DNA of 64,000 nucleotides, taken from contig CBDFHV010000084.1 in assembly GCA_965247705.1 (NCBI GenBank), forward strand, positions 263,184 to 327,183. Direction: 5' to 3'. A program made the translations under genes and the position numbers. Positions 36,923 through 45,057 of the stretch are shown here, piece by piece. The stretch's first letter is position 1. Every line of letters begins with the position of its first letter. Origin of the DNA: Rhodospirillales bacterium. GTDB taxonomy: Bacteria > Pseudomonadota > Alphaproteobacteria > Rhodospirillales > CAMCUA01. A model generated the notes under the pieces. It was not told where the DNA came from. It searched no databases and was given only the letters and a program-made list of their open reading frames with translations.

Positions 36923-37725
36923 GAAATCTCGAGGCCGAGAAAGGCGCTGCCGCGGCGATAGGGCTCGACTCCGGCGATGCCGTCAAAACCGTGGTGGCGG
37001 CAGAGGGACTCGATTTCCGCGCGCAGCATCCCGACGCCGTCCATTCGGGCGAGACCGTCCGGGTCAAGTTCCAGGACAACGCCCCGGCGCCGCACCCGGC
37101 AGCGCACGTCACCGCCGCCGAGGAAACCCCGCAGGCGGCTCTCGATAGCATCGATCATGGACAGGGTGGCCCCGTCGATGGGTATGCTGGTCTCCACGCG
37201 GCTGGACAGGCAAGGGGCCGCCGGCAGTGCGGCCAGGTCATGCAGATCCAGGTCGCGGGCGAGGGCCCGAATGCCGGCCTTGCCGATCATGGCCTCCACA
37301 TAGGGGTGGCGGACCCCTTGTTCCGCCGCCGCCTTCAGCCCGGGGCGGATATCGCCCAGATCATCCCGGTTGGTGCCGCTGACCAAGTTTCCGTCGTGAA
37401 GTCCCGCCATGGTGGCATAGAGGTTGGACTTGCAAAAGAAGCAGCGGTTCGACGGATTGCTCATGTAGCGGGCGTCGGCGAACTCGCCGGCGTCGATCAG
37501 CCGCAAGTCCCAACCCTCCGCCGCCGCATGGCGCCGTACGCGATCCGTAGCCGACTTAGGGACGGCGGGAGACACGGCGTGGATCGCCACCAACCTCTCT
37601 TCTCGGCGCAGGCGCCCCGCCACCACCGCCAGCACGGTGCTATCGATGCCGCCGCTGACCGCGATCGCCGGTCGGTCCAGCGCGCCCAGCACCGTTTCCA
37701 AGCTTGGCGGCGGGGACTCAGCCAT
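36919..37725 (-). CDS. larE: LarE, ATP-dependent sulfur transferase (PP-loop) for NPN biosynthesis
   Basis: 268 aa from ATG 37725; PP-loop SGGIDS, NRCFFCKSN, PCLSSR; ATGA overlap with larB, 8-nt overlap with larC. Confidence 0.8.
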   Translation of the reverse strand: MAESPPPSLETVLGALDRPAIAVSGGIDSTVLAVVAGRLRREERLVAIHAVSPAVPKSATDRVRRHAAAEGWDLRLIDAGEFADARYMSNPSNRCFFCKSNLYATMAGLHDGNLVSGTNRDDLGDIRPGLKAAAEQGVRHPYVEAMIGKAGIRALARDLDLHDLAALPAAPCLSSRVETSIPIDGATLSMIDAIESRLRGFLGGGDVRCRVRRRGVVLELDPDGLARMDGVGMLRAEIESLCRHHGFDGIAGVEPYRRGSAFLGLEIS

Positions 37726-38917
37726 CGTCACCGGTCCCATCCTCCGCCAGGGCCCGGGCCTCGGCCGCGCGGCGCAGGTGCTGACGTCGCGCCAGGTCCG
37801 GGCCCAGGCTGTCCAGATCCGCCGACTCCGCCTTTGCCGTGTGGGCGCCATCGGGCCGCCGTGCCCGTTTCACCCGCACCACCGCGCCGTCCACGGGCAT
37901 GGCGACGGTGCAACGCGGCGCGGTAAGCCGCGCAACGACTTGGACGCGAACCCCCAGGGTGGCCGTCTGGGACAAACAGGCCTCCGCCACGGTGGCACAG
38001 GACTCAGGTCCGCACAGGACCTGGACTTGTACGGTCAGGCGTCCCTTCTTGCCGAAGGCGGGGGATTGCAGCACATCCAAGACCTCGGGCACGGCGCGCA
38101 GGCGTTCCAGCCCCAGGGCCAGCTCCTCGCCGCTCTGGTCGTCCACCTCGAAGGCGATCAGGCCCACCCGATCCCCTTCCGTGACGGTGTCCGCCTTCAA
38201 CAGCAGAACCCGCACCGCGTTGCTGATTCCCTGCAGACTGCGGGTGCCGAAGCCGTAGCCCTGTCCGGCGATCACGCCCGTCACACCGGTGCCGTCCTGG
38301 CGGGCATCCAGGTGGCGCAGAATGGCGGCTCCGGTGGGCGTGACGCGCTCGCCGCGCACGCCGTCGTCCACCAGGCGCAGGCCGTCGAGCAGCAGGATGG
38401 TCGCCGGGGCCGGGACGGGCAGGGGGCCGTGGGCGCTGTTTACCCGGCCGCCGCCCAAGGGCAGGTCGGAAACGGAACAGCCGGTCACGCCGAGAGTCTC
38501 GATGACCGCCGCGGCGCCAACCACGTCGACCACCGAATCCCAGCCGGAAAGTTCGTGAAAGTGGACCTGCTCGACATCCTTGCCATGGACCCGGGCCTCC
38601 GCCTCGGCAAGGCGTCGGAACATGTCCTCGGCCCGGGCGCGGACCGGGTCGGGCAGCCGGCTTGCGGCCAGGATCTGCCGTATCTGCCCATAGCTTCGAT
38701 GGCCGCCGTCGCTGACACCGCCGACCTTGAAGCGATGCCCGGCGAAGACCCCGTCATCGTGGGGCTCCGCCGCGAACCCGAGTTTTTCTGGCCCGTCCAT
38801 GGCGGCGATGGCATCGGCGATCGTCTGGCGGCAGTCCGGCCGGACATCGATCATAGCGGCCAGAAACATGTCCCCGGCGAGTCCGCCCAGGCAATCCAAG
38901 TGCAGGTGGAAGGTCAT
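37718..38917 (-). CDS. larC: LarC, nickel insertion protein (DUF111) for NPN biosynthesis
   Basis: 399 aa; N-terminal HLHLDCLGGLAGDMFLAAM typical of LarC/DUF111; single fused polypeptide. Confidence 0.85.
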   Translation of the reverse strand: MTFHLHLDCLGGLAGDMFLAAMIDVRPDCRQTIADAIAAMDGPEKLGFAAEPHDDGVFAGHRFKVGGVSDGGHRSYGQIRQILAASRLPDPVRARAEDMFRRLAEAEARVHGKDVEQVHFHELSGWDSVVDVVGAAAVIETLGVTGCSVSDLPLGGGRVNSAHGPLPVPAPATILLLDGLRLVDDGVRGERVTPTGAAILRHLDARQDGTGVTGVIAGQGYGFGTRSLQGISNAVRVLLLKADTVTEGDRVGLIAFEVDDQSGEELALGLERLRAVPEVLDVLQSPAFGKKGRLTVQVQVLCGPESCATVAEACLSQTATLGVRVQVVARLTAPRCTVAMPVDGAVVRVKRARRPDGAHTAKAESADLDSLGPDLARRQHLRRAAEARALAEDGTGDDG

Positions 38918-38936
38918 CTTGGCTGCGGGACGGCCC

Positions 38937-39113
38937 TCAGGGGACCATCACCCCCTCGAGGTGGCGGGACAGGCCCTGGACGAGCAATTTGGTCAGGTCT
39001 TTGTTGACTTCCGCCGTCATTGGCTGGCGCGGTCCCTGGCCGGGACCGTCGTTGGCGAACAGCCGGGCGCGGGCGCCGTCGGCGACCAGGATCCAGGTGA
39101 TCGTCTTGCCCAT
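38937..39113 (-). pseudogene. possible remnant of a host-attachment-protein (baeRF12-like) gene
   Basis: MGKTITWILVADGARARLFANDG resembles the family N-terminus and EVNKDLTKL the C-terminal KDLT motif, but the ORF is only about 58 codons against roughly 140 expected. Confidence 0.3.
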
Positions 39114-39192
39114 GCATTTCCTCCGTGGCGGGACCACAGGGTATCACTCCGGACTGGGGAACCACAGGGATGCGTGCGACGCTTGGCATGAC

Positions 39193-40104
39193 TCATTGGC
39201 GCGCGGCGCGGGCGCGGGCGCGGGCTTCCAGGACGGAGATGGCGATGGTGGCGGTCAGGACCACGGCGATGCCGCCGATGCTGAAATTGTCCGGCACCTC
39301 GCCGAAAACCACCAAACCGATCACCGCGCCGAAAACCAGGCGGCTATAGCCCACGGGCGCCACCACGGTTGCGTCGCCCAGACCAAAGGCACGAGCGTTG
39401 CAGTACTGGCCGAAAGACGCGGCAAGGCTGGCCAGCACGATCAGGGACAACCCGTACCAGGACGGCGTCTCCCAGGTCAGCCAAGCCGGGACGGCGCTGA
39501 GCACGGCGCCGGTCAAGCCGAAATAAAGGATGATGGTACCCGGGCGTTCGGTGCGCATCAGCTTCTTCACTGCCAGCATGGTCAGGCAGCCGAAGATCGC
39601 CGCCGCGACGGCGGCCAACATGGCGGGATGCATCGCACCGCCGGGCTTGACGATCAGGAGGACGCCGGCGAAGCCGGCCACCGTCGCCGCGCCACGCCGC
39701 CAGCCGACGACCTCGCCAAGGACCAGGAAGGAAATGGGAATCATCCACAGGGGCTGGGCGAAGGCCAGCGCGGTGGCGTCGGCCAGCAGCAGGTAGGTGA
39801 CCGCGAAGGTAAGACAGGAGAAGGCGCCCAAGCCGGTGACCGCGCGGAACAGGTGGAGGCCCAGCCGCTTGGTCCTGAAGCCCGCCATGTGCCGTCGCAA
39901 GCCCCAGGGGAGCCAGATGGCAAACAGGAACAGCATGCGGAAAAAGACGATGATGGTGGGCTTCATCTCTTGGGTGGCTTCCTTGATCACGGAGGCCATG
40001 ATGGCGATTCCGACGCCGGCGCCGAGGGCCCAGGCCATGCCTCTCAAATTGTCGGCGGCGCGCCGCGCGGGGGCGCTGTCTGTGGCCAAGGCGGGGTCAG
40101 ACAC
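39193..40104 (-). CDS. DMT-superfamily (EamA) transporter
   Basis: 303 aa, about 10 TM segments, two EamA-like halves. Confidence 0.8.
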   Translation of the reverse strand: MSDPALATDSAPARRAADNLRGMAWALGAGVGIAIMASVIKEATQEMKPTIIVFFRMLFLFAIWLPWGLRRHMAGFRTKRLGLHLFRAVTGLGAFSCLTFAVTYLLLADATALAFAQPLWMIPISFLVLGEVVGWRRGAATVAGFAGVLLIVKPGGAMHPAMLAAVAAAIFGCLTMLAVKKLMRTERPGTIILYFGLTGAVLSAVPAWLTWETPSWYGLSLIVLASLAASFGQYCNARAFGLGDATVVAPVGYSRLVFGAVIGLVVFGEVPDNFSIGGIAVVLTATIAISVLEARARARAARQ

Positions 40105-40197
40105 GGGCTCGGTTCCGAGTTTGGAGACGGGCGGGTATGCCGAATCAGGTTATATCAGGGCCGGGCGGTAGACGACGGCATCGAAGGAACGGCAACC

Positions 40198-40539
40198 ATG
40201 CGGGAAACCGATCGGCTGAAGTCGGGGATCTGGGTGTCGGCCCAGGTGCGCCTTTGCGGCCGCCTGGGGCTGGCGGTCTATGTGGTCCGCAAGGGCGACG
40301 CGGACGCCGGCGCGATCCTGCTCAAACTGCGCCGCGCCGGCGGTTTGTGGGCGGTGCTGTCCCAGGCCCGCCTCGCCGACGGCAGCCTCGGCTGGTCCTG
40401 GGGCACGGGCCCGGAACCGGTGCCGGAAGCGGACGCCGACAGCTACTTGGAACGCCAGGTCAAATACGACCCGGACATCTGGATCGTCGAGATCGAGGAT
40501 CCGGAGAGCCGCTACGCCCCCGACGGGCCAATCGTCTAG
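40198..40539 (+). CDS. DUF1491-family protein
   Basis: 113 aa from ATG 40198; LKSGIWVSAQVRLC...YVVRKGDADAGAILLKL pattern; the rest of the 516-aa track ORF is a shadow. Confidence 0.7.
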   Translation: MRETDRLKSGIWVSAQVRLCGRLGLAVYVVRKGDADAGAILLKLRRAGGLWAVLSQARLADGSLGWSWGTGPEPVPEADADSYLERQVKYDPDIWIVEIEDPESRYAPDGPIV

Positions 40540-41075
40540 TTCGCGTCCCGAGCTTTTACCGTCATGCAAGGGCAGGGAGCGAGCTGGCTCACCTTGTGTG
40601 ACACGCTGCCCAGCAGCAGGCCCTTGATCTCCCCCATTCCCCGACTGCCGAGGACGATCAGATCGGCGTTCTCTTCCGCCGCCCGTTGGAGCAGACCATT
40701 GGCCATATCCCCGTCGAGCATGCAGGTCTCGACCGACAGTACGCCTTCAGACACCGCGGCCTCGCGGGCGCGGGTCAGAATATTCTGTCCCACGTCTTCC
40801 AACAATTCGTAGGGGATCGGCACCGCCGCGTAACCGCCGCTCATGGCCGAGGCCGCCAGTGGTATCTCCGATAGGGCGTCGAGCTTCTCGCGCGCACCAT
40901 CGGGCAGCCCCACCGTGTCGGCAAGGGCATAGAGGTCCGCCGGCGCGGCGCCCCGCATCAGCACATGGGCCAGCACCAGGCGTGCGCCGTAGATCTTGGC
41001 GATGTCGGCCGCCACGTCCACGGCCTTCTGCGCATGGGCCGAACCGTCGGTGGCGACAAGGATGGTCTTGAACAT
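40536..41075 (-). CDS. universal stress protein (UspA family)
   Basis: 179 aa from ATG 41075; MFKTILVATDGS, DLIVLGSRGMGEIKGLLLGSVS motifs. Confidence 0.85.
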   Translation of the reverse strand: MFKTILVATDGSAHAQKAVDVAADIAKIYGARLVLAHVLMRGAAPADLYALADTVGLPDGAREKLDALSEIPLAASAMSGGYAAVPIPYELLEDVGQNILTRAREAAVSEGVLSVETCMLDGDMANGLLQRAAEENADLIVLGSRGMGEIKGLLLGSVSHKVSQLAPCPCMTVKARDAN

Positions 41076-41268
41076 GGTGTGGTCCCTTCCTGGCAACGAC
41101 GTTTGATCGCAACGGTCTTCCCGCGGATGCGCGCGGCCGTCCAATGGCGCTTATGGACCATGGGTCCACAATCCGCACTAACGCAGGTTGAATGGTTATT
41201 CTTGGTTTTTCGGAATGGGCGATCCCGTCGGGGTGCGGCCGGGAACCTGATCCACCCGTTCGCGATCG

Positions 41269-43248
41269 TCACTTGCTGTCCATGAACATCAGGGTGCCGG
41301 TTTCCGCCGCGGCCAGGCGACGTTGGTGGAGGCTGCCGACTGGATCGTCGGGATAGGCCGCCACGTAATCGTCGAGGGCCTGGGCCGCCGACGGGGCCGA
41401 TTTCTCCAGCAGTGCCCAGCAGGCGGCATAGGCGTCCAACTGGTCCCCTGCCATGGCGCCGTCCGCCAGCGGCTCATAAACCCGCACGGCTTCGGTTTTG
41501 CCCTTGAGGATCAGGCGGGCCACCGGCCTGAAGGCCAGCCCGTCGCAACCCTCTCGCGTCGATTCGGAAACGCACAGCCGCGTTCCCAGCGCCTTGTTGG
41601 CGCCTTCCAGCCGCGCCGCGGTGTTGATGGAATCACCGTGGGCGGTGTAGTCGAAGCGCGCCGCGCCGCCGAAGTTGCCGACAATGGCCGAGCCTGTGTT
41701 GATTCCGATCCGGGTGATGCCGAAAGGGAAACCCTCCGCGGCGGGCGCGGCGGCGAACGCCTGGCAGAAGGCGTCCAGTTCGAGGGCGCATTCGACGGCG
41801 CGGCGGCGATGGTCGGGTTGATCCAGGGGCGCGTTGAAAATGACGTGAAGGGCATCGCCGACGAATTTGTCCAGGGTCCCGCCATGCGCCAGAACGATGG
41901 CGGAGGTGCCGTCCAGGTAGGCGTTGACCAGCCGGGTCAGGTCGTCGGGATCCGCGCCCTCCGCCAGAGTGGTGAAGCCGGCGATATCGGTGAACAGAAA
42001 CGTCAGCTCCTTGCGTTCGCCGCCCAGCGCGAGGCGCTCCGGCTCGCGCTCCAACTGGGTCACGACACTGTCCGCCAGGAACTGCGAGAACGCCGAGCGG
42101 ATGAATCGGCGCTGGGCCCTCTCGCGGCCCCACTGCTCGCTGATGGCAAGCCCGAACGCGGCCACCAGCGCGATGGTCGAACCCACCAGCGGGACCACCA
42201 CCAGGTTGGCGCCGAGCGGCGAAAAGGCGCCGCCCCACGCAGCGATGGCGCACAGCGCGAGGCTCGCCAGCTTGATCCATAGACGAGCCCTGATGAGCGC
42301 GAGGGCAACGCCCAATCCGGCCGGAACCAACAACAGGAAGACGCTGAGCAGCGGGTTGGGGATGTCCGCATGCGGCGTCGCGATAAAGCCGGCCAACCCG
42401 TGGGCGTGGATGAAGACTCCCGCCATGCCTCGCCCATCGCCGGCGGCGCGATCGAACGGCGTGAGATGCCGATCCTCCAGGCCCAGGTCGGAGCCGATGA
42501 GGACAATCTTGCCGGCGAAGAATCCACGGGGCAGAAAGCGGACGCCGAGGGCCGGAATGTGCGCGAACGGCGGCGGGTTGTCGTTGGGCCGGCCATAGAG
42601 GGTGAACTGGACCCGATCGGCGACGGGCAGCGTTGCGCCGGCGACTTCGGCGAGGGCGGCGGCGAATCCCGTGGTCGGCTCGCCGAACAGCGTCTGTCGA
42701 ACCGGCACCTGGCGGACGACCTGGTCCGTGGTGTTCTTCAACAGCTTGACGGATGCCATGCGGGTGCCGGGCCAGGTGCCGCGCAGATACGTGATCTGTC
42801 GCTTGCTAAGCCCGTTCTCGGCGTCCGCTCCGGCGATCACCACCGGGATCGTCAGACCCTGCAGGGTTTCAGCAAGCCGGGCATCTTTTTGCGGCTCGGT
42901 CGGCTGGTCGAGCAGGACGTCGAGGCCGATGGATGCCGCCCCCTTCGCCGCCACGTCCGCCACCAGTGCGCTCAGAAAATGGCGGTCGATCGGCGACCGA
43001 TAGGGCAGGGTCGCCATCAGGGACTCGTCGAGGGTGACCACGGCAATGGTCGGGTGTTGCGGCGCGGATGTGGCGAAATGGGCGATCCGCAGGTCGCCGA
43101 CCCAGCTTTCCGCGACGATGGCGAAGGGCAGAAACCGCAGCGACGCCCATACCATCGCGGCGACGGCAACGGCGATCAGGACGGGCGACGCGGCTCGCCA
43201 CCCCCATGTGACAGGCTTGGCGCGCGCCACCGTCACCCGAGATGTCAC
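41269..43248 (-). CDS. CHASE2 sensor domain-containing class III adenylate/guanylate cyclase
   Basis: 659 aa; periplasmic CHASE2-like N-terminal region, TM block, cyclase core LTFLFTDIAGFT...KFVGDALHVIFNAP...IGINTG; GTG start directly follows the upstream stop. Confidence 0.85.
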   Translation of the reverse strand: MTSRVTVARAKPVTWGWRAASPVLIAVAVAAMVWASLRFLPFAIVAESWVGDLRIAHFATSAPQHPTIAVVTLDESLMATLPYRSPIDRHFLSALVADVAAKGAASIGLDVLLDQPTEPQKDARLAETLQGLTIPVVIAGADAENGLSKRQITYLRGTWPGTRMASVKLLKNTTDQVVRQVPVRQTLFGEPTTGFAAALAEVAGATLPVADRVQFTLYGRPNDNPPPFAHIPALGVRFLPRGFFAGKIVLIGSDLGLEDRHLTPFDRAAGDGRGMAGVFIHAHGLAGFIATPHADIPNPLLSVFLLLVPAGLGVALALIRARLWIKLASLALCAIAAWGGAFSPLGANLVVVPLVGSTIALVAAFGLAISEQWGRERAQRRFIRSAFSQFLADSVVTQLEREPERLALGGERKELTFLFTDIAGFTTLAEGADPDDLTRLVNAYLDGTSAIVLAHGGTLDKFVGDALHVIFNAPLDQPDHRRRAVECALELDAFCQAFAAAPAAEGFPFGITRIGINTGSAIVGNFGGAARFDYTAHGDSINTAARLEGANKALGTRLCVSESTREGCDGLAFRPVARLILKGKTEAVRVYEPLADGAMAGDQLDAYAACWALLEKSAPSAAQALDDYVAAYPDDPVGSLHQRRLAAAETGTLMFMDSK

Positions 43249-43983
43249 TCAGGAATCCGAGTTTCCAAGCCGGCTCAGCAGGGCCCGCGCCTGGGTTCGG
43301 CAGCCGCGGGCGGCCATCCAGGCAATGGCCATCTTGTCGGACTCGAAGGGTTGCGCGGCAATATTCAGTTTGACGCGGACGATCCGCGAACCGAGGCGCA
43401 ACTTGTAGGTGGTCCCGTCCGTCAGCGGTACGCTCGTTGGCCATTCGAGTTCGCTGCTGCCCCGCGGCCACTGAATCGTCGACCGCCGCCCGTTGACAAT
43501 GATGGTCAGCTTTGCCGAATGGGTGTCCCTGGCGCGCCACAACGCCGCTTCCTTCGCCGGGGCGCATTGGGCTCCGGACCGTGCCGCATTGATCAGCCAG
43601 GGCGACGGCGGACCCTCCCGCGCATCGCCGCGCATGGCGCCGATCGCGGCCGAGTGGGTGCCTTGGCCCGAAATCAGCTTCGCCATGGCAGCGCCAAAGG
43701 AGCCGCCCGAGGTGCCCGTTGCGCTGCCGATCGCACCGCTATAGGGGCCGACCAGCGTCAGCACCGCCCCGGCAGGATCGACCACGGTGACGGACGCGCC
43801 CGCCAATAGAGTCACCTCTTGCGCATCGGCGACGACGGCGCCCGGCGCCAGGCTGGAAGCGGTAGATGCGATAACAACGAACTGTCCGGCAAGGGCCGAA
43901 GTGGTGACTGCCGCGGCAACGACGGCCGTTGCGGCCACGCTCCAAATCCTCCCCGTCATCGGACCCCTCCCGGTGGCTGACAC
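43249..43983 (-). CDS. secreted protein of unknown function, abutting the CHASE2 cyclase gene
   Basis: 244 aa; signal peptide ...TTSALA-GQ; no family recognised with confidence (N-terminal part weakly FecR-like). Confidence 0.6.
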   Translation of the reverse strand: MSATGRGPMTGRIWSVAATAVVAAAVTTSALAGQFVVIASTASSLAPGAVVADAQEVTLLAGASVTVVDPAGAVLTLVGPYSGAIGSATGTSGGSFGAAMAKLISGQGTHSAAIGAMRGDAREGPPSPWLINAARSGAQCAPAKEAALWRARDTHSAKLTIIVNGRRSTIQWPRGSSELEWPTSVPLTDGTTYKLRLGSRIVRVKLNIAAQPFESDKMAIAWMAARGCRTQARALLSRLGNSDS

Positions 43984-44031
43984 AGGGTTACAGTATAGGT
44001 CTGGTGGCCTATGGGAGCAGCCGGTATTTGC

Positions 44032-44934
44032 CTAAGCGTGTTTGCCCCGCCGGGTTTCCGATCGGGTGGTGAGTATCACCGCGCTGAAGATCACCAAGCC
44101 GCCGATCCAGGTCCAGGCGTCGGGGAACTCGTGGAACAGCACGAATCCCAGGGCGGCGGCGAACAGCAGCTTGGCGAACTCGAAGGGCATTACGGAGGCC
44201 GCGTCGGCGATGGACAGGGCCCGGGCGAGGGCGAACTGATAGAACGTGGCGCAGGCGGCGACGCCAATCAGCCAGGGAACGGTCTCCAGCGCCGGAAGGC
44301 GCCAGAAGAACGCGGCGGGGATCAGGGATATGGGCGTCATCAGCAAGATCTGCATCGACACGATGGTGACCGGCGACTCGGTGCGCGACAGGCTCTTCAC
44401 TAACAACACGCCGGCGGCGACGAACGCGGCGCCGGCCAGCATGACCATGGACAGGGGCGACACCACCGTCACCCCGGGGCGCAGGATGATGACCGCGCCT
44501 GCGAACCCCACGGCGACGCCCAGCCAGCGCCGGGCGCCGACGCCTTCGCCCAGGAACAGGGCGGCCCCGGCGGTGGCGAACAGGGGCGCGGTGAAGGTCA
44601 GGGCGGTCATGTCGGCGATCGGCATCGAGGCGAACCCCGAGAACCAGCACAGCGTGGCCAGGACACTGGTGGTGGCGCGGAGCGCATGGGTGCCCAGCCG
44701 CCGGGTGCGCAGGGTGCCCAGGCCGCGGCGCAGCAGCACCGGCGCGATGATGAAGAGGCCGAAGGCGTTGCGGAAAAAGGCGACCTCGAAAGGATGGACG
44801 TCGGTGGTGGCGTAGCGCAGGCAGATGGCGACGATGGTAAAGCTGAAGCCGCCCAGCACCATCCACGCCGCCGCCCTGACCGGCGCCGGCAGTCCTTCGA
44901 GGCGCGCTCGCAGCGGCTGAAACGGGGACGGCAT
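44032..44934 (-). CDS. DMT-superfamily (EamA) transporter
   Basis: 300 aa from ATG 44934 (MPSPFQPL...); about 10 TM segments; the track ORF is over-extended to 45765. Confidence 0.8.
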   Translation of the reverse strand: MPSPFQPLRARLEGLPAPVRAAAWMVLGGFSFTIVAICLRYATTDVHPFEVAFFRNAFGLFIIAPVLLRRGLGTLRTRRLGTHALRATTSVLATLCWFSGFASMPIADMTALTFTAPLFATAGAALFLGEGVGARRWLGVAVGFAGAVIILRPGVTVVSPLSMVMLAGAAFVAAGVLLVKSLSRTESPVTIVSMQILLMTPISLIPAAFFWRLPALETVPWLIGVAACATFYQFALARALSIADAASVMPFEFAKLLFAAALGFVLFHEFPDAWTWIGGLVIFSAVILTTRSETRRGKHA

Positions 44935-45057
44935 GGTCCGCCTATAGCCTTCGCCACGGCGGACCGCCAGCCGGGATATCCCTAGTCCTGGCTCTTGCGG
45001 CGCGGGCTCGGAGACCGTAACTGGATCGGCCATAGAGGCTTCCGCCGGAATCATTCG

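Noticed and set aside
35258-36961. 567-aa plus-strand ORF
   Set aside because: It is antisense to the SDR and larB genes and has no motifs.
38989-40197. First roughly 400 residues of the 516-aa ORF 38989-40539
   Set aside because: This part is antisense to the DMT transporter. Only the last 113 codons, from ATG 40198, look like a real (DUF1491) protein.
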